From positions 1,798,001 to 1,862,000 of the forward strand of contig NW_026889825.1 of the NCBI RefSeq assembly GCF_033153115.1: a DNA stretch of 64,000 bases, in the 5' to 3' direction. Source of the stretch: Saccostrea echinata. Taxonomy: Eukaryota. Shown piece after piece: positions 11,844 through 25,831 of the stretch. Each line of letters starts with the position of its first letter. Position 1 is the first letter of the stretch. The notes under the pieces are model-generated. The model was given only the letters and a program-made list of their open reading frames with translations. It did no database searches and had not been told where the DNA came from. The position numbers were made by a program, and so were the translations under genes.

Positions 11844-14232
11844 AGGGTTATAGAAAAAATTTAACTCACAAACTTGTCCACTTGCATTCAACAAACCCGA
11901 AAGATTATTGGAGAATTTTAAATGCATCAAGTCAAGATAAAATATGCACTGTAGATATTCATGATATGTTCCAATTTTTAAAAGAAATGAATGAAGGTAT
12001 TACCAATTATGTTAATGATGATGAAAACCTGAATTTTACCTTAGATACAAATACAGACAATGTAGACAGTATTATCAATTGTGAAATTTTCGAAGAGGAA
12101 ATAATAGCGGCTGTTCAGAAACCTAAAAATGGTAAAGCCGCAGGGTATGATAACATTGTAAATGAACATATTTCTACAACATTGTCAACTTTTTTTACCT
12201 TTATATAAGAAGTTCTTTAATATAATTTTTGATAGTGGTTATGTTCCAGATGAATAGTTAATTGGTATTGTTAGACCAATTTATAAGAATAAGGGCGACC
12301 CAACCCAGCCTGAAAATTACCCTCCCATATCTTTGTTACATATAAGCTGTGTAGGCAAGCTTTTTACCCGTATATTGGCAAATAGACTTGAAGTTTATGC
12401 AAATAAGGTTGACCTTGATAAATAATAATCAAACAGGATTTAGGAAAAATTACTCAACTCTTGATCATATTTTGACTTTGCAATTTCTATCTGATATTCT
12501 CATGAAAAGAAAAAAAAGAGAAACTTTTTTGTGCATGCATTGATTTAAAGCAGGCATTTGACACTGTATGGAGAAATGGTTTATGGAATAAGCTATTCAA
12601 AAATGGAATAAACGGAAATGTTTTAATTACATAAGAAATATGTACATGGGAATTAAATCTTTAGTGAAACAAAATGGTATGTCCTCGGGATTTTTCGAAT
12701 GTAATGTCGGGGTAAGACAAGGAGAAAATCTGTCACCTTTTTTATTTTCTATGTACATAAACGACCTTGAAGAATTTTTGTAAGAAAAAGACATAATTGG
12801 ACTACAAGGTATTAGTAAAGAAATCGAGGATGAACTTTCGCAACATTTAAAACTTATGATTTTATTTTATACTGATGGCACTGTTATATTAGCAGAATCT
12901 GCTGATGATTTACAAAACGCATTGAATGAATTTCATACATATTGTACTCAGTGGAAACTTAATGTTGATAAGACAAAAGTCTTGGTTTTCTCCAAAGGGG
13001 CAATGTTAAAGAGGAAATTTTATTATAATACCGAAATTATTGAAAACGTAAAAGAATTTAAATATTTAGGCATTATATTATCAAGAACAGGTTCATACTG
13101 TAAAGCGAAGAAACATTTATGTGAACAAGCACAGAAAAAAATGTATGGGGTGATAAGAAAAATTAGACAATTTAATTTACCGGTTGAATGTCAGCTTGAC
13201 TTGTTTAACAAAGTAGTCGCACCCATTTTACTTTACGGGTGTGAGATAAGGGGCTATGAAAATCTCGATGTTATTGAACGTGTTCATTTAAAATTTTTAA
13301 AAACTATATTTAATTTAAAAAGCTCTACACCAAATTACATGATTTATGGAGAAACAGGATGATTCCCCATGTATATTAATGTTTTTAAAAGAATGGTTAC
13401 ATACTGGTCAAAGATGTTTACATGTACAGAACATAAAATTGTCAATATTATGCAGAAGTGTATGTATAAATAACAAGGTAACGGTGGTATTAATTGTCAA
13501 TGGATTGAATGTATCCAAAAGATTTTAAATAATTGTGGACTTTCACATATATGGCACGGACATGGTGTGGTCAATATTAAATGGATAAGTGCTATAGTAA
13601 ATCAGATTTAAAAGACCAGTTTATTCAGAAATTGTCAAATGATGTAAATTGTTCTTCTAAAGACCAGGTTTAAGGAATTTTTAAAATCAATTTGAGATTT
13701 GAAATCTATATAAAAAAATTACACCCAAAACAAAGAAAGGTATTGATGAAAATGTGTACTTCAAATCATCATCTACCTGTAGAAACAGGGAGATGGTGTG
13801 GCACCATACTAAATGAAAGAATATGTTTACTATGTAACAATGGAAAAAATAGGTGATGAATACCACTACATTTTAGAATGTACAGCTTTTTCAGAAATTA
13901 GGAAAGAATTTTTACATAGTAGTTACTGCAGTAGACCAATGTTGTAAAGTTCTATGAACTCATGTCAAATTCAAATGTTAAATCTTTAAGAAAACTTTGT
14001 AATTATTTCAAAAATCTTTACCCTTAATTGTCCTCCTGGTGTTTTTCCTTGCATTGAATACATACATACTGTTAATACTATATGTCTATTCTTTTACATG
14101 CAGTTGTAAAATATTTATTTATGTATATATATGTTGTATGTACCTCTGATGATTTAATAGATATTTTTTTATACTTTATGTCCCTCATGTACCATGTTGT
14201 ATGGTTTGAGTGAATAAACTGATTGATTGATT
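11844..14232 (+). mobile_element. 5'-truncated, degenerate RTE-X-like LINE (RT domain with stops and frameshifts)
   Basis: GKAAGYD, GVRQGENLSPFLF, YTDG (decayed YADD), TSNHHLPVETGRW motifs; AATAAA then (GATT)n tail; candidate TSD GAGTTAT (11837-11843, 14233-14239). Confidence 0.8.
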
Positions 14233-14375
14233 GAGTTATGGTATAAAATTTCATTGCAAAAGCTTCTTGAGATATCGCCCAGAAACGAAAGTGTTACACA
14301 CAGACGGAATGTATGAATTTACGACCTCAAAATCAATAGGGGTCTTTCTTAGGCCACAGGGAGTTGTTATGTAAA

Positions 14376-17217
14376 GGGGGAGTTTCGATAAGGCTGTTTT
14401 TCGGCCCCTCATGAAATATAATGAAATTGTGATATGTTGTAGATAAAAGTGTTATCTTCCTAAAAATATGAAAAAAAAAAATTATACTGCACATTTTCTG
14501 GTCACGTGATAATTAAAAATTTAAGTATACCCTCTTCCCTATATTTTTGGAGGGGTCATATTTAAAGGGGGTAATGGAGTTTATTTTACGTCAAAATCAT
14601 AAATGAAATATTACAAATGTGAATAAAAACATCAAATAACCAATTTCAATATTTGTCTTTACAGAAAATTAATGATGTTTATTTTACTTGAATGCGTTTT
14701 AAGGTGCAAGATTTTTCTCGTGTTTTAATTGTAACTCTTCTTTCAAAGAGGACGAATGTAACATATAAAACGTATATGAATAATAAAGACAGGAATTTTC
14801 AAAAAATGAATTAATCGACAGTTTATACTTAGACTTAATAATCAATATATAACATTTTCCCGTACGTAGAAAAGCAAATGTAAAGATATATAGACAAGAG
14901 ATAGATAAACTTAAACTGTCATTGACAGGTGTTTGACACTGCTTGCAACACATTTTTATCAACTAAAGTTATTGTGCTAAATATAGTATTAATAAAAAGT
15001 ACCGTAATAGCATTAAATTGAATTTTTTTAAAAATCTTGAAATTAACAGATTTCGTAATTCTGTACGAGTAAAAAATGCAGCTATTTATATTCTTAAAGT
15101 ATATTTAAAAGAATCATACTGCAATGTACATTGTATTTGATAATACCAAGCGTATTACTACCAGTCAAAACATTTTATCAAGATAGTAATTTTTAGTCCC
15201 ATATCGGAAGCCGGAGGGGTTAATAGGTTTCCTCATCGTCTGTCCGCCTGTTTGTCCGTCCGTCCCTCTGTCTATCTGTCAGTCGGTTCCACTTGGTTTT
15301 TCGCACTTTTCTCTAAACGCTTGCAGATATTGAGCTGGTTTTGGTGTTTATAGTGTATCCTGATGAGAAGCAGAGTTTGAAATTCAAGTTTGAATTTCGT
15401 TAAATTCTGCTTCATTGATTTTTGACGGAATATTACAAATTCAAAAAGAAGAAGGGGGGGGGGGTCGGCTTTTTTTTTTTTTTTTTTTTTGTTATGTTTG
15501 TTGTTGTTTTTTTTTTTAATCGCATATATTGAGCTGATTTTTGTTTTGATATATGTGTTAAACTTGAGTTATAGATCAAGTTTGTATTTTCTTCTGCTTC
15601 AATGACTTTTTTAAGTAGGGCATTTTCAATTTTTAATGGAAACCAGGTTATACTTAGTGTGCCGATAGTGGACTATTATTGCTAATGCAGTGCTTACAGA
15701 ATGTGTGAATAAATAGCCAAATGATAAAAAAAAACTAAATACATTGAGTGCATGTCTTCTATTCATTCTCAAACTTAAAAGTATTTACGCACAAAAATAG
15801 GTGCATTATGTTTTCAGCAACAATGAGACAATCAAGGCAAGCGAGGACCTACATGTAATTCCTCGCGCTTCCCAACTACCTTTTGATGCTTATGTTGTTT
15901 CACCAACTCTATTCACTATTTGATTTGCTAGACCATAGCCGCAATTTAAAATACATTTGTAAATACCAAATGTATGTGTTAAAGCATATCCTGCAGAAAC
16001 GTCCAAATCAACATCAACATCCAGTCTTAAAAGCAATCTACGTTCCCTACATGTAGACCACACGGAAATATATGTGAACCTTCTCTAACAGATTGAAGCG
16101 AGGAGAGTTTCTATTCAAAGGAATGGCTATAACCATATCCATGATAAAGAACGTTAATGAATGGACTGATTCTTAAACTTCTCTTTAGTTCAGTCAGTCA
16201 TTGCAAAATGTAAGATCCGGCATCTGTAACAGTTCTGGTAATGTGTAACCCTAAATGCATCATCGATGCACATTTCTTCAAGATAGGGATTATAGTTACA
16301 TGAAAATGAGACATGTTTCAAAATATATACCCTAAACATTCATCAAGAAGTAAGTCAGATCTAGCTTCTGAAGCAAGTCTGACAGTGTGCATCCGAAGAT
16401 GCATCATGAAGCACGTCTTCTCAATAAGTGCTTATAGCTGCACTGCTCCATAAACATTAACCTGCTTTAAAAACATTAACCTGGACATTCTTTACCTGAA
16501 AATGCAGCATCTAAAACTCGACCGATGACAAGAAAACACACTAGATCAGGCGACTCTGATGATATGAAAAAATTGATTAAAACTTTAATAACCTATACGC
16601 CTATAACGATGGTATTTCAAAAGCTCCCCCAACTTCGTGTAGGTGAGCTAAATATGTGACGTTAACGTTATACGCGAGCGACGGAATAAGTAGGGAAATA
16701 ACGATAGGATACGATTATGTTTTCTTATGTTAATATTTTCAAGAGTTCTCTTTGGTTTAGAAAAAATATGCTACTTTTGGCTTTGTATTTTAACACGGCG
16801 TCAGATCAAGTAACCAGGAGCATCTAATTTTAGATATGCAAATTTTAGACAATTTTCAATTTTTGTATATGAAGTGCACACGCGACACTCATCATATTTT
16901 AAGATATTAGTGTACAGAGTATATCTAATTACTAAGCAAAACTAGGTGAGTGTCTCTCATGCACTTCATATTCTAACCATCGATTTATAAATGCCACCCT
17001 CTTATATTTTCCCATTAGCCTAATGTTAAAGCATTTGAGGGTACATCTAAGAATGTGCCAACTACGGCGTCAATTCATCTCATATAAACTCTTGAAACAT
17101 AAATAACAAAAAATAACATATATATCTTGAATTCTAAACCAATTTTGAAAAAATAAAACGAAATTTATTTTTCATGAAAATAAGTGGGCCGATAAGTGGC
17201 CTTATCGAAACTCCCCC
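14376..17217. mobile_element. Kolobok-like non-autonomous DNA transposon
   Basis: TIR GGGGGAGTTTCGATAAGGC / GCCTTATCGAAACTCCCCC; right flank TTAA, left flank TAAA. Confidence 0.7.
15190..15700 (+). mobile_element. Helentron/HINE-like element remnant nested in the Kolobok-like element
   Basis: T-run start followed by (GTCC/GTCT)n microsatellite at about 15238-15285; end boundary approximate. Confidence 0.45.
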
Positions 17218-19889
17218 TTAAGAACATAATAATTTTAATCAGTTGTTTTTTATTACTATTATATATACCATATATATATAAAGATTCTGATAAAAGGGGT
17301 TGTTAATATCACTTTATTATCTTTAAATCTTCATAAAAAAAATTCTATTCACTATCAAAATTATACATTTATTAGCCTATTTTGGAGTGACCCATTAACT
17401 AGATATCAAAATTTTTATGCGGTTTTGTGAACATACATGTACTTTTGAGGCGAAGCCTTATTCATAATACAAGGGAATTGATCAATTAAACAGAGAGTTA
17501 AATTAATAACACCAGGTTGCTAAACCCATAAGTTTTAATTAATGACTTATACTTGTTTGGTTAACAAAGAATTACCCAGGTAGTCAAATGCTAGTGAGTT
17601 ATTGCTTCTTTCATTGACAGGCACAGAAGACTGAGTAACACAACATTTACACGTGGCGATTGTTGTGTTGTTTTATTAATATTCAATAATAAGAGCACGA
17701 TTCTACACGTCGTATACTATAAATTTTATATGCATGATAAAGAAATGATTATGTTCTTTTTAACCCCAAAAATAAATATAAAATCTTGGTGTATCTTTGA
17801 ATTCCTTTGTCAATGCCAAACTGAAGAGTTTTAAGGTAAAAAGAGCGACAACTCTGGTTTTTGTTTGTTATTTGTCAATCAAATAATTTGTCAATATTTA
17901 TCATCAGGAATATTTTTGGATTTTGTTTAATAAAAATAGTAATAAAAGAAACAATAGTTAATCTTTTAAATGAAGAAAGAAGAAATACTATCAGATAAAT
18001 TTATGAACTTATCTATAATATTCAAATATTTAACCAAAAGTAGGATTTTTCTATTAACTGACTTAATCTAAAGAAAAACAAACCCTTCTTTCGTGTGCAT
18101 TCTAATTAAATATAGAAAACAGGACCTTGTACTACTTTTTCAACGTAATTTTAGGATTTTGTAATTTACGAATTAATTAATATTTTATACATTAATTTAT
18201 ATCAATTAAGGAATTTATTAATATATCTTGATTCTTTCTTTACAGATCTGCATTATATTCAAATACAGACATATAATAAAAATTTTATTTTAGTTTCAAA
18301 ATCATTTCATAAGTTACAATTATTTGAAAATATGGGTAAATTAGGTATGTTCTCAATTTATGGACGTTTGATAGAGCTGGTCACAGTTGATTCCATACAA
18401 AATATCGAATAAATATAACTGTTACTGGTAACAGGTATTTCTTTTAATGTTTACTGAACACTCCACAGCGCGTAGCATTGACTTCCAATTTTTTAACGAT
18501 TTTCACTTTATATTTTGTATGTTGCATAGTATGTTAAACAAGTATTTCATATGTGGATGGGCTAGTTTTCATTTCCTTTATAAACAAGAACAGTCTTTAC
18601 TTTTTATTTCAACTTCGCTACTTGTAAGTAAATCGTACTTGATATTTTTAATTTGGTTTGTTAAATATTAAGATATAAAAGAGCAAAATCTTCATTCTAC
18701 ATGTATAGATCTTTTCTTTATATTCAACTTGTATTTCATGTCCAAAGCAAACGAGACGTTGCAGAGATGAAATAAAATTTAAAACTTTTCAATATTAGGA
18801 GGAAAACAGATTGAAAATCCAGGCGTTTAGTATTCATTTTTGCATCGCACTGTGTTATGATTTACAGCTGTATTAGTAGCACATAAGTATTTTAATAACG
18901 CGTCTCGCTCTTTCAACAATTTGTTTAATTTGCAAGACGTGATTAAGGATACAAGGATCGCTCAATGCTTCTTTAATTTTTTTTTTACAAGGTTACACAG
19001 GTTTTTTTGTTGTTGTTTTTTTTTTTGTATTAACCAAAAGGAAAACGCAATATAATTTATAAGTTTCATCTATATGCCTAAGTACATAAATTAGAAAAAA
19101 ATAATTGATTATAAAGATTTTTAATTAGTAACAAAAACACAAACATGTTTTACTTATTGTTAGCTTTTTATGAAATCCTCAAAGTATAAATGAAGTGTGT
19201 AAAAAAGGTTGAGGAAAAAATTGTTTCCATTTGATAAATAATTCTTGATTATACGAAAACAGATTAAACATATGTTCGAATAGCGATATCTATACAATCG
19301 CACGGTTGTATAATATATGTATATCTAATGTTTATTGGACGAAGACTATATAGTTATCTAACTTGCATCTGAAAAGGCTTAGGTTTGATTTCTTTTTCAC
19401 GAATTTTTTCCCGATTTCGTGGTAGACAAAACTGGTAGAGGAGTTTCCCAAAAGTTTTATCACTCAGACCTCTAACAAGCACTAAATATATTTCAGTAGA
19501 AAAGGGAATAGACATAGTTATCTCAAATTCTAATTTAATGAAATTTATCGAACAATTCCATACATTGATATTGATCACCATGTAAATCAAACAAGCATAT
19601 ATTCAAAGAGGCTTTGGGAAAGGCGAGGAAAACAAATAGTAATTAATCTCTTAATGTAAAGCATATATGGTACCAATTTTGATACACCAGATGCACATTT
19701 CGACAAATCATGTGATGTTAATGCCGAAAATCCGAAACATTTCAATGAAAACAAAATTGGAAGAGCTGAAAAAGGGGTGCCAAAGACTGGAGCCAAATAT
19801 GAAGGATCGAAGGATCAGCGTTATGCATGAGGGAGATAATCCTTAATTTTGAACTCTTTGAAATTCCAAATGTGCAACCGAGTGCCTCA

Positions 19890-20152
19890 AGGGAATAAGA
19901 ATTCCCTGTTGACCTCTTGTACCCATCAAAAGTCCTCTGTATTGATCAAGTGAACAGAATAAGCTGTAGTCAGAATCAGTATAAATCAATGACCTATCAA
20001 TTATTTGTCAGTCTAAATTCGACCCAAAGATAGGTTGTTATTGTAAAAGTCATTAAAACAACCATAGAATTTGCGAGATGCTAACTTTCAAGAGACTGTT
20101 GAAAGCCCTGTTACATCAACTTATTTGTCAGTGGCCTGCCTCGGTTTAAAAA
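19890..20152 (-). mobile_element. Penelope-like (Naiad-type) 3' remnant, minus strand
   Basis: Reverse complement aligns to the 3' RT end and downstream region of the copies at 20400-21100 and 34590-35230. Confidence 0.55.
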
Positions 20153-20399
20153 ATATACACAAGACATGCTCTTGAATATCGAATTTGTTTGGAGACTTGT
20201 AACACCAAATTCATGTGAAAATAAAATATTTCTATATGAATACAGGATGTTGGGGCATGAAAAACCGAAGTTATCCTGTTTGTCTTGTTGTGTTGTTAGC
20301 TTGCAATTCCTTTCAGGTAAACATCCAAATATGAAACAGATGTGTCATACTATATGATATCTTTTATTTCAAGTTCACTGGTAAATACTCAACATATGA

Positions 20400-21100
20400 A
20401 TGAAAATAATCATCTATTGTATTATCAATTAGCAATATTGACTTCCATTCATATGTCGACTCAATATATCCCAGTGAACGTGAAATAGAAGATTCCACTG
20501 AGTCTAACGCATCATATTTAGATATTTTACTAGAAAAAGATTTTAAATGGTAACCTAACAACAAAGCTTTATGATAAACGTGATGACTTCAGTTTTTCAA
20601 TTGTCAATTCCCAATATACCCAATATACCCTTATTACCTGCATATGGGGTTTTTGTCTCCCAGTTGATTCGATACGCAAGAGCATGCTGTACGTATAAAC
20701 AATTTCTAAAACGACGCAAGCTATTTACAAACAAGTTGATGAAAAAAGAATATCAAAAGACTCTTTTGAAGTCATCATTTTGCAAATTTTATGGTCGATA
20801 CAATGACCTTGTCAGCAAATACAACCTATCATTATATAAGTCAAATGCTGACTGACGTTTTTCATACTAATTGTTAGGCCATTATTTACACACTGAGTTG
20901 TGGACGGATTTTTCCATTATTTTTTCGATCATGACAAGGAGCACACGGTGGGTGTGACCCGTCGCCAGAGAATGCTCACTCCTCCATGGCACCTGATCCA
21001 ACCTCTGATGTTTTGGAGGTCCGTGTTTGCTCTGCCTCTGATTTGTATTGTCTAAATGGGTTTTGAGTTTGAATACTGTTTGTAAAATCCATATTTCATT
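20400..21100 (+). mobile_element. Penelope-like (Naiad-type, C-terminal RT) remnant
   Basis: IYPSE..I.DSTES..SYLD, LYDKRDDFSFSIVN, NIP..PAYGVFVSQLIRYARAC, KFYGRYNDLVSKY followed by the conserved GGTGTGACC..CTGATCC..CCTCTG block. Confidence 0.7.
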
Positions 21101-22662
21101 ATACCACTTCTGGACTATGTCTTAGCACAGTACATCTGAAATGTATTCTTCTCAGCACATGATATTTTTGTGAGAGGTGAAGATACGAGCTTGATAGAAC
21201 ATTTACTGGACCATCCGCTGACTCTGGAAATTTGTCTCATAAACAATAAGGGTTTTCCATACAATTTTTTTTCCTCTTATATGAGCTCTGCAAATACCCT
21301 CTTAAGATTATTATTATCTTCTAATGCACTCAAAAAAGAATCTGAAGGTGATATTTTTCTATTGTTTTAATTCCATGATGTTCGAAAATTTGAAAGTAGA
21401 AACAGAATGACATTTGACCAGAAGCAGAGTTTCTATTTACAAATATACACATACAATACAAATAATATTAAGAAAAAAAATCCATGTACAAAGTACATTA
21501 CAAACAAATTATCACACATTTGCAGTGTGAAATTCACAAAGAATTCACAAATTCACAAACGATGTCTATATTGTCTTCCAAAAAAATGATGTACTTTGTG
21601 AAAGATATGCCAGGAATTAAACATTTGAATTATTGAAATTTATATAAAAATAAAGAACAGGACGTTGTCATGCTTGACAATGAATGATGACGGAGAACCA
21701 AGTCAGTGAGTTACTTTTTTCCTCCTAGCTAAAAAAGAAAAAAAGATAACATTTTCACTATCAATTTTTTTCATTTTCATGATTTTCAGCATAGAGGATT
21801 ACAGGGGTTTTTTTCTTAGAAAAAGAACTTTATAGCAGTATTTCTGCTCTTTTAACTAAATTATTGATATCCAAATTTATCCCGTCGTTCCTAAGGTATA
21901 TTATGGTAGAGTAAAAAGATCAACATCCATAGAATAGATATTAAATAGATATCAAACAAATATATTACATATTTTCATTCAAAAAATCTACCAGATTATT
22001 CCTTTATTTACTTCTTGTAAAAATAATGATGGTGTATTGGTAAAATGATTCAATACAAGAAAAAAATATCATTTCATATGGGTGTTAAGTATGCATTATT
22101 AATCAAATTATCAGATGTTAACTTGAAATGTACATGTTATATTATTGAGATTATTCACCTGGGATAGAGAGATTATTTCTAGCATAAATCAATTATTCAT
22201 TCATACTTAGCAATGTCAAATCTCAAAATGAACAATTTTTTTTAAATGGTTAAAAAAAATCGCACACACACATACACCACACACACACACGAACCACTAT
22301 GAAAGTCATTTTCTGACTCATTAGATTAATGAATAAATCGCCTATTAAATTTATTCTGTCGATCTTCAATATGAGATATTGGGAGAAGTTTTCAAAGATC
22401 AATCATAGATTTTATCTAATGGATGCTACTTTATTGAATATATTGATCACATGAGAATATCTTATATGCCTACTTTGGTTTTTGTTTTTAAATTGACAAT
22501 TTTTTGTATCAAATTAAGTAACTGTAAGAAAATTAAATTTAATGAAGAATGTAGACTTTCCTTTTTTGCAAAGGTTTTAGGAACAAATTATTAGAAGTCT
22601 TTTGCATCTGTCTTCATAAATGTCTTAATTTCCAAAATTCGAAATTTCAAACCTATCTGCTC

Positions 22663-23655
22663 TATTCTCTTTAGAGAAGTGAACAGGCTTTCGCCTACAT
22701 CCACTTCTCTTCGCAAGCCTTCATGTTTTGATTCTGGAAAACGTGTAAATCTCGAACCGGTGACGGTCTACACTTCAACTGACATTTCGTCTAAAATACG
22801 TCTGAATGTGCGTAATAGACGTGTTATATTAACAATTTTAACATAAATACACACAACTGTCACTAGAAAACTGACCTTTAAGTATTGTTAATCCATTTTC
22901 ACAAGTTCTCCATCTCGGATTTAAACTAATGTTTATCTACCACAGCTTATTAGAAAAAATAAAAATTTTAAGTCGGATAATTTGGAAAAATTGGCGAAGA
23001 CGTATTTTAATGTTCAAAAAAAGTTTTTGACAATTCACTTTTGATTTAGCATATTATTCAAAATTAATATAATTACCTATATCTATTTTTACTATTTTAA
23101 TACAATTTCAATGTAAATTTGAGCTTAGAAAATACTTCATTACTTCCTCACTGACAATACTAAAAAATATTTTCTTTTATTTTTAAACGATATTAAATCT
23201 ACCTTTCCCGAGAAATGAAAAAAGATTTAAAACAAAGATCAAAAGAATTTGAACCAAAATTGAGGAAATACTTTCTCGTTAGTTTAAACAGAGTAGACGA
23301 TTTCTCTCGTTTCATTATTATTTTGTAAAAATAGTTTCCATTTTTATCCGAATTAGAGATTTATGAATACTTCAAGAGTTACTTGCACAAAATTTAAATC
23401 CGGGGTGGAGAACTTGTGAAAATGGATTAACAATACTTAAAGGTCAGTTTTCTAGTGACAGTTGTGTGTATTTATGTTAAAATTGTTAATATAACACGTC
23501 TATTACGCACATTCAGACGTATTTTAGACGAAATGTCAGTTGAAGTGTAGACCGTCACCGGTTCGAGATTTACACGTTTTCCAGAATCAAAACATGAAGG
23601 CTTGCGAAGAGAAGTGGATGTAGGCGAAAGCCTGTCCACTTCTCTAAAGAGAATA
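22663..23655. mobile_element. 993-bp foldback MITE, Mutator (MULE)-like
   Basis: About 260-bp near-perfect TIRs (22663-22925 vs 23393-23655); 10-bp TSD CTATCTGCTC (22653-22662, 23656-23665). Confidence 0.88.
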
Positions 23656-23704
23656 CTATCTGCTCATGAGATGACACTATAGACAGTCTATACAAAATAC
23701 TTAC

Positions 23705-23977
23705 AAAGAACTTTGATCTTAGGGGTAAACTTCGCTTTCCATTAAAACAACCTCCAAAATTACAGAAAAGCCTTTTAGGTCGCCGTTGACGTCGGTTGGA
23801 TTTCCTTTGTCTCAGCCACCATCGGCCACAACCTCTAGGTCCACAGAAACCCCTTTTTTCAAAGGAGGGACCTCGACTCTCAGGGACCTGCAGAGGGATA
23901 TATCCTGACTCGAGTTCCTCCTCTTCATCGTTGGCCAGGTCTTCATTTGGAACGATGTCTATATTGTCTTCCAATAA
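23705..23977 (-). CDS. CCAP/conoCAP-like neuropeptide precursor, coding exon 2 (KR-GFCGPRGC-GR and KR-LFCNFGGCFN-GKR)
   Basis: Acceptor tgattgtag| at 23978, donor |gtaagt at 23704, 273 nt phase 0/0; acidic spacer, dibasic sites and amidation glycines; FCNxxGC ring typical of molluscan CCAPs. Confidence 0.85.
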
Positions 23978-25720
23978 CTACAATCACATTTTTGGAAAAA
24001 AAAAATAACCGCAGGTGCATTGTAATATACGATTTTACAAAGGTTTGGTATTCGTGTCACCGCCAAATTAGTCGTACAATATTTAAAGAAAACAGGTTAC
24101 TGACAAAAACTATATCTACAATACCTCTCTGAACTTGCAACGTAGAACAAAGACGCCTTTTGTTTGAAGGAAAGAAACCGATATGAAAAAATCAAGGATA
24201 TGCATAAATATACCAAGGTCATTCCAGGGTTTTTTCTCCTCTGTCCTGGCGTCTACATGCGCCTTGGTTTTTGACACCAAATTACAAAATATACATAAAA
24301 TAAGCTTTTTCTGGGTTTTTTTCCTTTGGTTAAAACGTTTTATATTTTGTATATTTGAATTTGTATTTTTGTCGAAAATTTGTCAAATTAGGTATAAACT
24401 AAGCATGTAGTACCTTGATTTTGCAAATTTTTTTTCAAGAAATAGAATTATAAAGTAAAATCCTTGAATGATAAGTGTATGATAAACTGAGATAAAAAAA
24501 AAAAAAAATAAAAAAATGAATAAATAAAACTTGGAATGGCCCAATGTCGCGCTAATTAGGTGAATTATTTTTTTTATTTTACACTGAGATATTATAATTG
24601 CTTTAAAATAAATAAGAATTAAGAGTCAACATATAAATCTTACACTTGATATATTCGCTTAACATATAAGTGATGATCTATTTTACATTTAGTCAGAAGT
24701 TTATTTTATTCATGGTTACAGATAAAAAATGTATTTTCCAGCATCCTTTTTAAGGTACGATCTAATGGACTAAATGATACTCACACTAAAATTTATTTTA
24801 AATCTAAAAGCTTGTAATATAATAAATAGCTAGAAATGGCTTGCTGTTCTCTCATTATTAGATACTAGACATAAATTGAAATAAAATACGATACATGATT
24901 GGTCGCTTTTGGCGTTCCCAGGAGATTATTTGATAACTAGGGAACATAAATCGAGACAGACTTCTGCATACTTAATAATTCTGGTAGTGGTTACTGAACT
25001 ATTTCCTCAATTGGCAAGCATGTATATACTGTAATGTACAATTGATGAATATTCCTGACAATTCAATAATTCAATATTTAGCAAAAATTTAGAAACGAAA
25101 CTTAAGATACTTGACAAATAAAACAGAGAATTCTTGTTTTTTATTTCATTTTTTTTTTTTTTTTGCAATTTACAAATCATGGTAAAAAGAAAACCGACAT
25201 GATTCGTTCTGTGAAAGAAATTCCCTTTCCTTCCTTTTAAAATGAATTGGCTTTTAAGGGTCACCTTATAACATGTTAAAGCCTAAACGTTTCATCACTT
25301 GAACTTGTTTCCAGGAGATGAGAAGAAATAACCATCTTTGTTAAATGCATTAATTGTTAATTGGTATTCACTTTTCATTTCAGATGTAGTTAAAAATAAA
25401 TGTATTTTCAACAGGATTTTTTGTTGCGAAAACATATAAATAGTAGTAATACTAGCAAAACTGACAAAGCAATCTATTTGATAAGTATAAATCGACGGAG
25501 AGATGCCAGTTTTGAAAAAGAGTTATCATGTAATATTTAATCAAGAAATTTTGATTATTTACTTTGTTCTTCATTTATAAGTTTCGTACATACATATATG
25601 AATTATCTTTTACAGTTATCAAAAAGATTTTGATTGCAGTTAAGATATGAATTCTCTTCCTCCTTAAAATCATAAACCCTTATCAAGAAAAAAATTCTAC
25701 AACTTTCTGATAATGATTAC

Positions 25721-25831
25721 CTGTCTAAGTAGGTCGATATTTTGTTCGGACGGTTCCTGGCAATGTGTATAAGCCGCTAGAGAAAGGACAATAATTAATG
25801 CACTGATAATGGCTCCAATCGGTTGCTCCAT
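25721..25831 (-). CDS. CCAP-like precursor, coding exon 1 (signal peptide; MEQPIGAIISALIIVLSLAAYTHCQEPSEQNIDLLRQ)
   Basis: ATG at 25831, 37 codons with a hydrophobic core, phase-0 donor CAG|gtaatc matching the phase-0 acceptor of exon 2. Confidence 0.82.

Noticed and set aside
19354-19481. Candidate last exon of the neuropeptide gene (cttgttag|AGG TCT GAG TGA)
   Set aside because: Many AG sites fit equally well; cannot be chosen without transcripts
19690-19725. Hammerhead-like remnant (minus strand GTC-GAAA-TGTGCATC)
   Set aside because: The CUGAnGA box is absent, so it is not a complete ribozyme
21100-21370. Coding-looking minus-strand stretch (SFLSALEDNNNLKRVFAEL...)
   Set aside because: Contains a stop, no recognisable motif; possibly a decayed TE fragment
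23570-23704. C-terminal extension of the neuropeptide ORF
   Set aside because: Follows a perfect GTAAGT donor and runs into the MITE TIR; probably intron
24214-24252. Possible 39-nt phase-0 cassette exon (TPGQRRKNPGMTL) in the neuropeptide intron
   Set aside because: Has ag/gt ends but a weak polypyrimidine tract; not needed for the frame and no independent support
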